Assembly (NCBI GenBank): GCA_051362555.1
Contig: CM120642.1
Coordinates: 20,460,001-20,524,000 of the forward strand
Direction of reading: 5' to 3'
Length of the DNA: 64,000 bases
Origin: Lingula anatina
Taxonomy: Eukaryota; Animalia; Brachiopoda
This document shows positions 32,801-46,700 of this stretch, in pieces (positions within the stretch are counted from its first letter, which is position 1; each line of letters opens with the position of its first letter). The position numbers were made by a program, and so were the translations under genes. The notes under the pieces were generated by a model. That model did not search any database. It was not told the origin of the DNA and saw nothing but the letters and a program-made list of their open reading frames with translations.

Positions 32801-35800
32801 ATTTCAGCCTGAAACTGACACGGGGGATTGAAATCGACTCCGACACAGCTTTTTCTTAAGCAAAGTATCCCAGTGTACATAACAATGTCTGGGCCACGAA
32901 CTCGTTCCACCTGTCGGTTCTCAGGCTATCCTGACACCCGTGTCTTCTCCAGTTGCTGCCCCTGCCCCCGGCCTGTGTGCTTTCTCTATAGAAGAACTAC
33001 TTTTATTGATTGGATAGAGTTTAAACAGACACTTAACGCGAGGAAGTGAACACACTTGCTGGCTACTTGTCTTATTTCTTTGTATTAATTATGCAGGGTT
33101 TTACTTTAACGGGCTGATTACAAGTATAACATAACATCGTGCTCTTTGCAACATGCGGGAGCGGCTGAACTGTTCCCGGCTTGACATTTGACAGTGCCAT
33201 CACAAAGAGTCTATTTGCCTAGACCCCGGTTTTATCTCGACGACCCCGCGAGAAAAGGATCTTAACGTGTGTTTGTAAGGAAATAATGTATGGATTATCC
33301 GACAACAGACCTTTGTTTCCTAACAGAATAATACAAAAACAATTCCCCAATATCCGCACCGCAAAACAAAAAGAGTACAATCAATAACATACTTCAACAT
33401 AGACCCACAAACTGTTGAGACGGTTTGAAAGGTTGTCTTTGCCTTTCCGTTGCATTTGTTCTTAATTGGTTCATAATCTCGATAATTTTATGTAATATTT
33501 TCTTATTTACTGTTCTTATTTATCTATTTATCTATTTTTGTTCTCATAAGTGGATAATTTACCCAAATAATTCATTCTAATGCTGATTGCTCCGGTGACA
33601 CCCGAGACGGTGAAAAATCTCACTCTCAGTTTGAATAATAAAAATGCAATGCAAAACTAGATGTAATGAGTATATAACTAATTTTCAAGAGATAAAAATG
33701 ATAGTGTGTCGCAATGGGAAGTAATTGATAGTTAATAAACATGTAATCTTTAGCACATTTAGAGGTAAAGCGCTCAATTCAACATTCCTATTGCTTTCTA
33801 ACTAATGGCAATGTCTCTCCGAGCAAGGAGTTGTATGCCATAGGAGGAGGAGCTGCTGAAGCTTGCCCATCTTACGAAAAAAAATCCGTAAGAAAACCCA
33901 CCCCACCCAAACAGAGATTTATTTATCATGAAAAATGTCGTTATTTCGTGGGAACATCCAAAACTGGAAAAAAAATCACCTCGGTAAGCGATGCGTGCAA
34001 ACAATGCATAATTTTTCGAATACCATTTTTTTAATAATTTGGAGACAAAATATCCGTCTATTTTGATTTATCTGTGCGTCTTTTTATCTGCATTTTTTAA
34101 AAATCTTTAGAACCCAGTTCGCATTCTTTTCCATGCTCGAACCACAGGTGCCATACTCGTCGTTTCACGTCACTTTTTGCATCAGCCCACACAAAGTATT
34201 GTTGGACGGTATCGGTTTTTATTTTTAAAATCGAACGCTGATCGATAGGACGGCTATTCAACAATTGTTATGTCAACTTTCTCCCTGCTACTTGTTTCAC
34301 CGCTGTTGACACGCGCCACTTTCGGGAACAAATTAACGTCGTCTGTGATGAAAGTAATTGGCGAGGAGATAATACGATAACTAAAATGATACATTTTAAG
34401 AACAATAGTGCGCAGCGGGTGTTTGAGAGCTGGGGGTAAATAAAGACGGTTGTTTCAAAACTTTTACGGTAGAATGTCCCCTAAAAAGGTAGTTAATTAA
34501 GAACAAAACCTTTATACCCCTGTGCAGTGTGTCTTTCTGTGCTCCCAAAACTTGCAAAAAAAAAAAAAAAAGAAAGAAAGAAAGAAAAAAAGCAAGTGTT
34601 CTTGTTTTGCGACAACCGGATCTTCTCTGTCAAAATAATAACCAGTTAATCCATACATTTAGCACGTAACCTTTAACCCTACTTTAATGTCGACTAGACA
34701 AAAATGCACAGTAGATTTAACATAAAATAGACCCATGAGGCACCCAGCAACAAGTTTTACGAATCTCGTTGGTTTCTTATTAACCCTGGCCGGACGTTAT
34801 GGAATACACACCCGGATGGGAAAAGTGAGAGGCTATCAAATTACTATTTGATGGGGCATTTCGAGAATCGAATATCACGAAAAGAGTAAGGCACAATGAC
34901 AGCTCTCCTATTATTACTACAAACGCGTGTCCGCATTTCAAAATTGAGACCCATCGCATGCATGGGAAATGGGGAAACTCTAATGATGCGTTAGTGTGAT
35001 ATGTAAAAGCGTCACGTTGCGTAATGACGTATGGCGTCATATTCCAGCCGCTGCAAAATGTTTAATCACCCTTTAATGCAGAGACACTGTGGGAAAGTTT
35101 CACCCGTAAATCATAGCCATACTTTTGCTGTCACAAATGTCAAAACCCGTCATTCTTTTCAGTGAAATGAATGAGCGAGGAGGGGGAGTATCAATTTAAG
35201 GCATATGCCACTGGGAGAAACTGAAACCTATACTTATGTCTAAAACCTATATTTATGTCAACGGTAGATGTCTTTAAAGAGGAGTCTCATAAAGTAAGAC
35301 CCCCTAACCAGTGAAAGTAGTACAGAATGACTTTCTTTTTTATTGCAGTTCCAAATAAGTGTTCTTTGAAGTAACACTTTTTTGCACAGTAGATAATAAA
35401 AAGATTGCCACAAATTCTCGGAAAAAAATGAGACAAACAAGAGAAAGTTTGCTTCCATATCAATCTCGCGTTGTTGATGCCCCTAGATCCGCCTCATTTT
35501 CATCGTCAACTGAAACAAATCCACGTGCCGTCAACAAGGCTAAGCGGTCTTTAAAAAGTATTTAGCACATCAAACGCACACCTTGAAGCACGTCCACGTT
35601 TCTCTTTCGGATCATTAGTGACAGAAGAGTGCTGGGAGAAGCCCGCAGATCTGTTAAACGACTTAACAATTTGAGTTCCACAATGCCAAGAGACGCTGAT
35701 ACCGGTGTATTGTGGCCTTGCGCGTGAGAATTGTCTGTGCCACCTTCCTTGTCCGGTAATCGCTACGTAAACGGAGCTCTGCATCAGGGCCCGCTCTTCT

Positions 35801-37691
35801 TCTCTGTCTCTCTTCCACGAAAGCTCGGAAGGCTCAAAAGATAATTTGCTTTGTTTGAGCTACTGAAGTTTTTGAATTTGGTCAAAACTCACTCCAAGTC
35901 AAAGGGTCAACCCTTAGAATTTTGCTCGAAAATTAAGTTACAAATGCTGAGTCAACTTCAACCATGCGGGTTGCAGCCAATAGCTAGGTATTACATATCT
36001 GAGGGCAAAGTGAATGAATATAAACCTCCCTGCTCAAGTTATTTTTAACAATGCGTACTATATCGAAATAATCCCTTTCGTTTCATTTCGGTACCTTTGA
36101 AGACAGTAGAATACACAATTTTTTTTTTAGTATTCTGATCTGTGGATAAGCCGGGGTTTTTTTATTCATTTTACTGAGCATCTTCGTGTATTCCAGCACT
36201 GAGATAACTGCCAAGCCGTGGAACATTAGTGACCAGTCACTAGGTATGGCAACTGTTATGCTCACAATCATAAAAGCAAATTTCCGTGGTAAAAGCGACT
36301 GAATACTGTTAATCAGCATTGGTAAAAAGTTTCTGAGTGAATGGTTAGCGTTATGCTCGCACCTTAATATTGGTCTCAAACGGCAAATTAACACACAAAT
36401 GGATAGGCAGCGATGTCGTTCTTTCTCTCTCAATGGGAGGCTGTAACGTGAAAATAACAATTTGTAAGAGCAAACTTATTCGCCTAACAAGACAAAACAA
36501 TCGTCCCACGTCGGGAGATTTCTATGGTCTCGATTATATCATAAAAAGGAAATGTTTTCTTAAACTCGTCAAGTCGAACGGTTGTCATTCAAGTAAATCA
36601 AGACGGTTGGTCTCTACCGTTCGACCAGCAATGAGAATCAATTTTCCGGGCGATTGTCTTCCAATTTTCCAGGCTTTTTTGAGCAATTTTACGGCTTTCC
36701 CTCGCCAAATAATTCGCATAATACTACGACTGTGACTAAATGCAATCAAATTAGTCGTCTCCAGGATAATAGACAAAGTATACATTTTGCACTCAAATGC
36801 GAAGCTTGAAAGACTTATTACTTATTGTGAAGAATGTTTAGCATTTTTTTGGCTTAAAATGGTGTGATTTGTATTATTGTGTCCTCCGCTGTGCAAACTA
36901 TAAAAATAGCAATAAAAACATAAAAAAGCATATCCTTGTATGTAAAAATAAATAAAGAGAAAGTGGGTGATGGTAATGACTCCCACACGTAGCAGAACAT
37001 TATTCAAATTTTCCAAAGTAATGGTTTCTTTCATTGTACAGTGAATACTTCAAGAAAAGAGAAATTGTTTGGTAATATGATTATACCCGAATATAAAGTT
37101 CCTCAAGACAATAAATGGCAACAGAAATGGAATTGAAATGAAATCTGCTGACGACGCAGAGGCGGGGGGCTCCTAGAAGCACGTGTATAGTCAGATGTTT
37201 CCTACATAAATACGTAAACGCCATTGAAAAGCGTATGCTTTCAGACAATGACGACGTTGATAAAACTTATCTGACAACGGCAATTTCTCCAATTTTCCTG
37301 TTATGAAATTAAGCGATTATTTCAATGGGAAAGTATGGTTCTCTTCTATCCTTATCGTTTTTAATCTAGCTAATCATTTCAGGGGAGTGATCTTTTTCTT
37401 TTAATTCTGAACGCATATGGGATTTACCGAGCGTAATTGTACTTATTTGGAAATCGAGGAACACAAGTTCACGTTTTATAAAATTACTATATGGATTCAC
37501 AATGGAAAGAGCTAAAATCTTTTTACGGTTAACACAATTAAAATACGGGAAATTTGAAAATAAAGGGAAGTGTTGAGATAGTCACTTTAGCATTAGGTGC
37601 TAGGTAGCAATCAATAGCGGTCCCATGTGTTGGTTTGCCTATTAGAATAGAAAATGAACTTGAACAGTTCTTTCTGAGGATTGCTTTTTTA

Positions 37692-37693
<2 letters not shown>

Positions 37694-37722
<29 letters not shown>
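37694..37722. repeat. (CT)n microsatellite
   Basis: Direct observation. Confidence 0.9.
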
Positions 37723-37724
<2 letters not shown>

Positions 37725-39337
37725 CTGTTCCTACGAATTCAAAAGCATCTCTGCTATTATAGCATGGAAATTTTATTGTTATTTTCCTTTGGATCAAACA
37801 GTTACATCTGATGTTGTGATTACCGGAAAACATATAAGCAATTGTACATTTGATAACTTATTCATTCATCTGTATGTCAACTCCTGATTACACCTATAAA
37901 GCGCCGCCTTCCTTCCGAGGTGATTTCTCGATTTCTTCCACAAAGCCCGGGCACGTGCGTGTTGCCGTCGTCCCACTCGAAGACAACCGATATTTCCATA
38001 GATATGCTTCATCCTAATACACATTATGATGTGTAATGCGTGCTTTACTTCCTACCGCTAACACATGCTCAATTCTTCTATATTGTTAGTCAATACAAAT
38101 TCGTGTGTATTCAAAGCGATTACCAAGGCGTATTAAGTACTCAGCGCATAAAGGCTACATGAATCGCATAATATTTATCAGACTTAATGACAAGAATGCT
38201 GCTAGTCTGGAGGGACTTTGAAAACCAAGGCAGATCAGAGGGGCAGAGACAATGCATGGCGTTTGTCAGCGGTCGCGGTATCGCTATGTGTTACTTCAAT
38301 ACCAACGAGCGCGTGCCAACGTACGTAAAGAAAATATTTTCCTTCTTGAGGCAAACGCGACAGGTGACTTCTCTCCTCGCATTGTCAACATTGATATTTC
38401 CATTGTACCAGCAACAAGGAAAACACGGTTATTTTTCCTGACACCGTAGTTATTAGGTGCGTCGAAGATATAAAGACACAGGCACTGACTTTGTTACCGA
38501 ATAAAGCGCAGTGTGTGCATGTGCCCTTTAAACCACGCTCGTATATAGTAATATCAACAATGTACTAACATAATGATCCTTACTTTGTTGAGGATGGAGT
38601 TTACATCCAGTTCACGGTATGAACTTGCTCAATATAAAACGCCTACCCAAGTTAGATAATTGTTCCTGTAGCGTTAAAAGGACAAATGGGTTTTATAGCG
38701 CAGACTAATTTTAGCTGGTGAATTCATTAGCTAATTAACAAGATACAATGGTCATCAATGTCATTCAATCGTCAATTAACTTAGGTCTATCTAGAACTGT
38801 TTTATCGGATTTGCACCGTGAATGAATCTCTCCGGTGATTTTGATCATCTAACATTCTGATAATTATTTGCGTATTCAAAATTTCCTGAATGGTTGCAAA
38901 TTTTCATTTTTATGTACTCAGAGGTAGACAAATGGAATGTGAAGGTTCTCTTGTGCTTTAGGTTTTGTGTCCATATTATAAGATGGCTAAACCTATGAAA
39001 CTACTATACCACATGTTTTAACACGATAGATATAACACGTAAACATTTAGTGAATTTATGAATGCACTTCATCATTCCCACACACCCCCTGCTCTACCAA
39101 CGTGGTACAGATATAATCCAATATTTAATACTTACAACAATCTCAGGCTACAGAAGAAATCAAGAATAAAGTCAAAACCTCAAACATTTACAGAAGGTTT
39201 TCTTTCAATATTTTATACTGAACTCGAGGTTTATACCTGCGGTCTAGTTCTTCTTACCACACTGTAGGTTCCCTTTTTATTTACATATGAAGCAGCCTCC
39301 TGGCTTAATATTGTTATTTCTGTTAACCTATTCTATA

Positions 39338-39508
39338 CAGGTGTGGATGTAGGCCGTCTTCTGGGTCTTCCAGAAATGGTCAGAATTTTTCAAGTTTACA
39401 CTGACGTGCATCTAATTTTTTTTCTGTAGGAAGACAGTCAAAAATGAAGGATGGGTCAGCAAAGATAATTTGGAAGACTGTCAGAAAATATCTCTGGATC
39501 CACCCCTG
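39338..39508. mobile_element. Degenerate MITE with CAGGGGTGGATCCAG-type TIR
   Basis: CAGGTGTGGATGTAG ... CTGGATCCACCCCTG; internal GTCTTC/GAAGAC..TCAGAA subrepeats. Confidence 0.5.
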
Positions 39509-42139
39509 CTATGTACACATAAGCATGTATAACATTAGGCCTTGATTATTAAAGAAATTATACAGATGCTTTAATTTCGCTATAATGGCCCCTAAGTACA
39601 GACAGTGCAATCAAGAAATTAATTAGGACGAGCGAAGGCGTCATTAACAATTGTTGTTTGCCTTTATTTCAGACCGACAATCTGTTCATCAGGACGCGAA
39701 ACAAAATTAATTAATTCCCAGTGAAAAAAATCTGCACTAGAAAAAACCAAGGGAAGACTAAGCTCTAGTATTATTTGTTGTCTAGAATCAACAGTTATTA
39801 CCATCAACGCCATCGGCATCTAGCTTGACAAACCTTGGCTGGTATGCTTCTTAGTAATAATTTATGCCCATCACTTTAGTGTATTTAGCTACCTAACAAA
39901 CCCTGTATGGTTAAGCTAAAATAGACGATACTTTAGTTGTTGCAGTTACCCTAACACAATACCCAGGGTCAAAAAGTTACATCTGAAATATAAATAATAG
40001 ATCGGAACAAATAAATCCCCTGAAAAGGGAAAGCTGTCAATTTAGCATCGTGGAGTTTAATAGGGCGGTCATGTTACCGTAGGTGAAATCAGGGAAACGC
40101 TAATTGGTCCTCGCATTTTAATTATTTAATAAAATAACTGATAATTTTCTCCTTGCCTGTCCCGAGTCAATAATCTCGGTGTATAGCTAATATCGCAGTC
40201 ACCTATCGGGTAAACATATTAACATAAAAAATTTACAAGATTAAACACAAGACATTAACTGACACAGTTGCCCTTTTTTCGCTACAATTCCCGCACAGGG
40301 GCTTTGATTGTGGCAGAGAGATGTTGAGACTTCAGGCAATATTATCGAGCCTTAATCACCCCAACGACTCTTCATGAAAGTGTACATGAATAAGACAATC
40401 GCGTGAGGATTTTCACCTTAATTAAGATAAAACTGCATTATCCTCGGTAGCCTTGCGTCAAATAAAGACCAAAACAGTCGATGGCGAGGTTTGGTAGGCG
40501 CACCTGCTGGCCACTGTACCATTTTTATCTATAAAACTTTTTACTTCACATGAAATGTGCTGGGTCACAACATGCTAATTATTTTAGGTCGTCTTCTCTT
40601 CTATGTAGGCTAAAGCGATGAGATTTTACTTTTGTGCATATTTTATAATTGCATAGCACAACTGAGAAATCATTCACGTCTTGAAAACGTGGGTTTGTGC
40701 TGCTGTGTGTTTTTCTTTTTTTTTTTTTCAAAATTAACAAACAAATACCCGAGCAATATATTTTCACCAGCAGTATATAACAGTAAGAAATCACTACAAA
40801 AATCTCAAGTGGTCTTCAAAATGACCGCGTCCAGTGCCACAGGATGCCAAACTCCCGCGTCATTTCAGTGGAGAACGACCCTTTAAATTCTATTCCCTGC
40901 GACTTTCCCCACTTGAGGCCTCTGCGTTTTAATTAGCGTAATATGAAGTGGTGGGCCCACGGAATCTTCCAATCAATAAGACTCCATTTTGTTACTTTAT
41001 TTTTCGGACTGACTCTTACCACTTTCCAGGGAATAAAATACCAGGTCCAGCTATAGATTAGTTGAACGGCGCCCGCGTGAGAAGTGAGGAAATAAATTTT
41101 CACGTCCAAAAATATCGATATTTTCCCGATATGTATTAATTAAGGCAGTAAGGTTTTGCACATAGAATACAGCGTGATATCGGTAGGTAAACAAACGTTG
41201 TACTCCGAGCTTGAGAAACCGACACATTTTCTCGTCATTTCACGGCAAGTGAAAACAAACTGCTGAATAGCACACCTGAAAGGCTATTGTCTTAACAACC
41301 AACTTAGTCATCTTTCATCCCTTTACAATTGATCAAACAATCGGCCGTCAACCCTTCGGATGGATGGATTTTTAAATCGTAATTTGTTGTAGTGTCATTA
41401 CTCCGTTAATACAGGGACCCACCTGCCTATGTTCACAGTAGCGATGAAATTAGAATTATGAAATATTTTTCATCGAGATTACATTAAATTTCATATAAAG
41501 TATATTTATATCGTTTCACGCGAATTCTGTGATATTGTTTTCATTTCAAAGACGATTTTCTCAGTAATGTATAACCAATCTACATATTTTGTTCTTAAAT
41601 ATGCTCTTTTTAAGACGTTATATATTTTGTCGCTGTTTACTTAGTATTAAATAGTGTTTTGATGATCAGGTTTCTTTCTTACAATTTAAAACCGGTAATC
41701 CAAAGTCGATTCCACTAAGTGATTATTTACAAGTGTTCATTATTTATAACAAATATGTGTTTTAAATGCATATTTCATAGAAATCTTTTACAAATCAACA
41801 AACACCACACACCTTTTATCATCTAACAAAATGGAATAAATAAGATTTACAAAATGTAGAGAAATGACGGGGCGGTATCTTTTTTTGGCCTAGTTGAAGC
41901 GGAAGTTTTAATGTTATCAACATTAAGCTGCTCGGACTCACTGTGGGGACTCTTCGTAGTTGCCGGTGAATCAGTCGAGGGTTGTACTTAGCGTTCCCCG
42001 GAGTGGCTCTCTGTTCTCGTCCAAGCCATTACAAGCTCCACACTTGATTAGCCGTACAAGCACAATGCAATCAACCCGGTCCCCAGAGCGCACAATCAAG
42101 CGGTAATGCCTCAATAGGCCTCTGAAGTGAAGGGAGCCC

Positions 42140-42290
42140 TACGCGCGCATGCGCGTTGCACCTTGCGTGACGTTTGCTCTGAACCAGAAGCACCTGCGTT
42201 TATGAACCAATGCAGTAGGAAAGCTAGTCATTTCTCCATGCCTTCCACTTTCCACCAGCATCATCTTGGGTCGTCTGTCATTATAAGAAC
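42140..42290 (+). promoter_or_regulatory. Putative POU4 proximal promoter
   Basis: Motifs clustered 125-270 nt upstream of the ATG: NRF1/EWG-like palindrome GCGCATGCGC (42145), TGACGT (42168), E-box CACCTGC (42191), CCAAT (42207), TATA-like TATAAG (42282). Confidence 0.5.
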
Positions 42291-42412
42291 AAACGACAAC
42301 ATAGAATTCGCACAGTGTTTACATGTTGGTCGAAGGCAGGAGTCGGTTATATTAGAGCTTGGTGACAGAATTCAGTGGGTCTCGGGGAAGTTTTACGAGG
42401 ACGCTCTCCACC

Positions 42413-42532
42413 ATGATGAACACTAAACAGACTTTAGGGCTTCCAAATCATCATCTCAACTCTGGCAGTCTGTCCGGAAGATATTCCCCTCCCTTTCGAC
42501 CGGACACGATGCGACGTTTGCAAAACACATCG
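42413..42532 (+). CDS. POU4: POU class 4 (Brn3/acj6/unc-86) exon 1
   Basis: CCACCATG Kozak context; MMNTKQ...MRR resembles POU4 N-termini (MNSKQ...AMRR); donor TCG|GTAGGT, phase 0. Confidence 0.85.
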
Positions 42533-42850
42533 GTAGGTGACGTCGGCTGCGGTGGCAGGGCGCGTGACGGCAGCGCGACGGCAGCGTCGTGTACATATAA
42601 CCCGAATGCATAATGCAGGGCGAATCGCAGCCACGCTTATCCGACCGTGTATACTATAAGATATTAGCAATCACTAGAAGAAGTGCTTAACACTTTATCT
42701 TTTTCATATTTTATGAAGTGGATATTTTCTGTGTCAACTACGCCGGGGGTGAGGTGAGAAAAGTATGCATCACTTACAGATTGATTACCTTGGCGTGTTT
42801 GTCGTTAATTAATTACTTATATTCACAATCTTTTGTTTTGACTTTTGCAG

Positions 42851-43789
42851 GGAAACATTTTTGGTGGTATTGGAAGTATCGATGACTCCATGCTTGCAAG
42901 AGTGGAGGCGTTGGCCGCGGGAGCAGTGGATATTTCGAAGACTCCCCAGTCACTGATGAAGTCGGATAGTCTGTATGGACACCATGTACAAGATATGAGA
43001 GACATGCGGGACATGAGGGATATGAGAGACATGAGAGACATGAATATGCACGGGCACCCGGGGGGTTCAGGGGGCATGTCCCGTCACCACCAGGTGCCCC
43101 TGCACGGCTTTGGGGCCCCGTCGACAGATTCCATGATGTTAGACCAAATCTCAGCGTCCATGCCTCTCTCGATGGCGGATCACAACAACATGATCACCTC
43201 CCACTCTCACTCACAGGTTTACGCGCAAGCGTACGGGCACACAAACATTATGAATCCCCAGCCTACCCTCCCTGCTCACCACGCCATGCAGCACAGCATG
43301 CACGATCTAGACTGTGACCCCAGGGAGCTGGAGGCGTTTGCTGAACGCTTTAAGCAGCGCCGTATAAAATTAGGCGTTACACAGGCCGACGTCGGAGGGG
43401 CGCTGGCCAAGCTGAAACTCCCTGGGGTAGGAGCGCTCAGTCAGAGCACCATATGTCGGTTTGAAAGTCTAACTCTTAGCCATAATAATATGATTGCATT
43501 AAAACCCATTCTCCAGGCCTGGTTGGAGGAGGCGGAACGACAGGCGAAGGAGAAGAAGGAAGGGGCGGCTCTTTTAGGAAACTTGGAGAAAAAACGTAAA
43601 CGTACCTCAATCGCAGCTCCTGAGAAACGCTCTCTCGAAGCATATTTCGCCGTGCAGCCCAGACCATCGGGAGAAAAAATCGCGCAGATCGCAGAGAAAT
43701 TAGATCTAAAAAAGAATGTGGTCCGTGTGTGGTTCTGCAATCAGAGACAAAAACAGAAGAGAATGAAATTTTCTGCTGTAAACCACTAA
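42851..43789 (+). CDS. POU4: POU class 4 transcription factor exon 2 (POU-IV box, POU-specific domain, POU homeodomain); 352 aa in total
   Basis: GNIFGG..DDSMLARVEALAA..VDI (POU-IV box); DPRELEAFAERFKQRRIKLGVTQADVG...LSQSTICRFESLTLSHNNMIALKP; EKKRKRTSIAAPEKRSLEAYF...WFCNQRQKQKRMK, diagnostic of class IV; TTTTGCAG acceptor. Confidence 0.98.
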   Translation, partial: GNIFGGIGSIDDSMLARVEALAAGAVDISKTPQSLMKSDSLYGHHVQDMRDMRDMRDMRDMRDMNMHGHPGGSGGMSRHHQVPLHGFGAPSTDSMMLDQISASMPLSMADHNNMITSHSHSQVYAQAYGHTNIMNPQPTLPAHHAMQHSMHDLDCDPRELEAFAERFKQRRIKLGVTQADVGGALAKLKLPGVGALSQSTICRFESLTLSHNNMIALKPILQAWLEEAERQAKEKKEGAALLGNLEKKRKRTSIAAPEKRSLEAYFAVQPRPSGEKIAQIAEKLDLKKNVVRVWFCNQRQKQKRMKFSAVNH

Positions 43790-46700
43790 CAATCATCTGT
43801 TGTTCATTTTCACTAATCTGCCCCCTCCTCGTCCCAAGAACTGTCCGTCGCCAAGGTAGAAATGTCAAAATAATTGCGCTGGAGGAAAAGAATCTCTACG
43901 GACTTTGGGATCATTGCCATTTTCATCTTCATCATTTTGGTCTGGGCGGACCGTTCCTCGCTACGCTCCATGAACTCTTTAGAATATTGTATCATCGAAT
44001 TATGTCATTGACTGTAAAATGGTGGGGAAACGACCACAAGTGCAGTGTGGACAAGTGCAATCAGGACTTGACTTTTATTTTATATTTTAATCAATTTATA
44101 TTTCTTTATTGATTGTGATATGTTGTGGTGGTAAGCGTGTTCAGCCTTGCACTCGTTTCTAGATGGATCTTCAGTCCTGTGGCGGTCTAATGGAATGTTC
44201 TCGTTCTTCACTTCAACGTTTTAAATTGAAATTTTAGTCTGAAAGAATTTTGTGTTCTCAGGAGAAATATAGACAGATTCATCTGCTGTATAAATTGATC
44301 ATCAAACGCTGCAAACAATACAAATGTGACAGGAAAAAGACTTCGATTTGTGCGTTGAGAAAAATTTGTAGTTAAAATTCGTTTACTGTGGAAAGAGAAC
44401 GAAAGGACAAATCCATTACAAAGAACAATGGTCGTCTTCATCTGTCCAGTTATTGAGAAAACTGAAGGCGGCAAACCAAGTGGCGGTACTGTACATAGCT
44501 TTCTATATTCATCTTAAATTAAAATTTTTGAGAGGGAACTTGATTTATTATTTATATTAATTTATTCATAGTCTTGTCTTGGAAAGCTCTTAGAGCTCGT
44601 TCGCTGTGTATTTGTAGGTATTTAAGCTTTTAAATAAGATATGTTGATTTTTATACGGACTGTTCCTTTAAAATTATAATTATTAGTACCACGATAAAGC
44701 GGGATCTTGGAATTGAAAAACGTTGTGTGCATGGCGTTGTTTCTATAAGATGTTGGCTTAATAGATCGTTAGAAGAAAATGTGTATAGATTTCGGATTTT
44801 GAAGCACCCGCTGACTTGCGTACCTTCGATGTAATCCTATGGAGTCGAAGAATATCAATCGATCTGCTTTCTGTTCAACCCAATTAATCTCCAAAGTATA
44901 AAGCCAAAATAGCGTCAATAGAATATTTTGGTTCAATAACTTTTCGGTCGAAATTTTATGAACAAATTTGCATTGTTTTAACCACAGTGTGACCTGCATT
45001 GCAGTAGGGTATATGTATTACGCGGGCAGTATTGTCGTGTATTCCATATTGAAATGACCCGCATATGCTCTCTGCCTTCCCCAGAGTTCAATACTAACGC
45101 TACAGCGGCTGGGAATAACGCAGTTGCCAAACGTTTGTCACCAGCTTGGCAATTATTTGTACAATAAATACATACATTGCACCTTTCACATTCCCACTGT
45201 AACGAAGATTGGAGCAATCTGAACAATATGACGCAGAGCAACGTAATTATTTTATTCTAGTAATGACAAGATTCGGTATCACCAAGTATCAGTTAAGTCA
45301 CGCGCTTTCATCGTCTGTTTATATGGATGTGTACAATCAACACGTGCTAGTAGATTATAGAGGTTAGGGGTTTTCCGATCAGCGTATGAAATATTAAGCA
45401 GCTCTCTGTATAGGACCGGCATTAAAATTTTATGGGGGAAATTCCAAATTCCAAAGCGTACTATTGAACGGCGAGTAAACTGCAGTGATTGAATATAATG
45501 AAAATATAGATATTGAGAAGGGGAATTAGCGTATAAATATTTATCATCCGGATGGTGATTTTACACAATCTGGAACAGTTACACTATCAAATTCATTGCC
45601 CTGCCTGCGAAATTCAATAGAACAACCCTCGGTAGCTACGAAAGCCGCGCGTAATGTAATAAAAAGAACTGTTCCTGTAATTAACATTGATGCAAGCCGA
45701 AGATCGTACAGTTACTGAATAGCTGTGCTGGAGCTCGTAAGAATAAGGTTTTTGATATTTATCTATTTACTCTGTAACAGAGCTGCAAACCGACTCCGCT
45801 CCTTCTATTTTTTTTAATTGCCAAGGGATAAGTTTAAGAGAGGAGTGTAAAATTACACAAACTACAAAAAATCTCCAATTTACCAGGAGGAATGGAAATC
45901 CTTGTCAGCAGAATTAAAACAGAGCAGATTAGCGAGAAAACCATTCAGAGTTTTTTTTTTCATATTTTTTCTGTTTTTGCATGTTATTGACTGCCTTGTA
46001 TTGTAGCACGGTTTATTGAGTATTTCGATTGTTTCGTCAAGTCGCGGCTGTTACGGTAGTCTGCCTTCGTAAAGTGTCATTCACTTACCTCAGCGCCCAC
46101 CTTTCACTACAATAGCTACGTATTGTATTTCTGTTTTTGTTCCATTGATAAGAACAGCCTGTAGCTAGCAATTCATAGGTTTTATTATATTGTTGTTGTT
46201 ACTATTGTCAGACCCAGCTGTTCTATCTACGTTGATCTATTTGAAGTGAGCAAATGACACTGGCCATTACCTTTTGATTAGCCGAGGAATCGTAACGTTG
46301 TCGTTTTCCATCAATGCCACCTTTATTTTTTGAGTATTGGATCATTCTCGTGTGAACATTTACGGACAATAATGGCACGCGTTGATACAAACTACCTGCC
46401 ACACTTTTGTAATTGATTCAACTTCAAGGATATCATCTGGGACGAGGAAGTTGATTTGTTTGGAAAATACTCATTCATTTACGAGCTTTCCCTCCAACGT
46501 TTTATGTCACATTACGACAGTTGCGGATCCCTGTCACCGAACCTCTGCTTGTATTCATCATGTTGAGAGGTAGCTGACAACCTACCTCAATTAATCGACT
46601 TAAAGAGATATTTCAACTCTCTGTGCAAGCGCCGTGACTGCTCTAATCAGTTTTACTGGGAAAATGATTGATTCCAGTCATTTCACCCCGTGTTAAATTG

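Noticed and set aside
33948-41084. Several Su(H)/CSL-type sites (CGTGGGAA, TGTGGGAA, CGTGAGAA) upstream of POU4
   Set aside because: The degenerate 8-mer is expected many times by chance in 64 kb; no paired-site arrangement was seen and enrichment was not computed
43790-45170. Candidate miRNA seed and Pumilio sites in the presumed POU4 3' UTR (TGTGATA, GTGCAAT, TGTACATA, TTGCCAAA)
   Set aside because: The UTR extent is unknown, and 7-8-mers cannot be supported without conservation data
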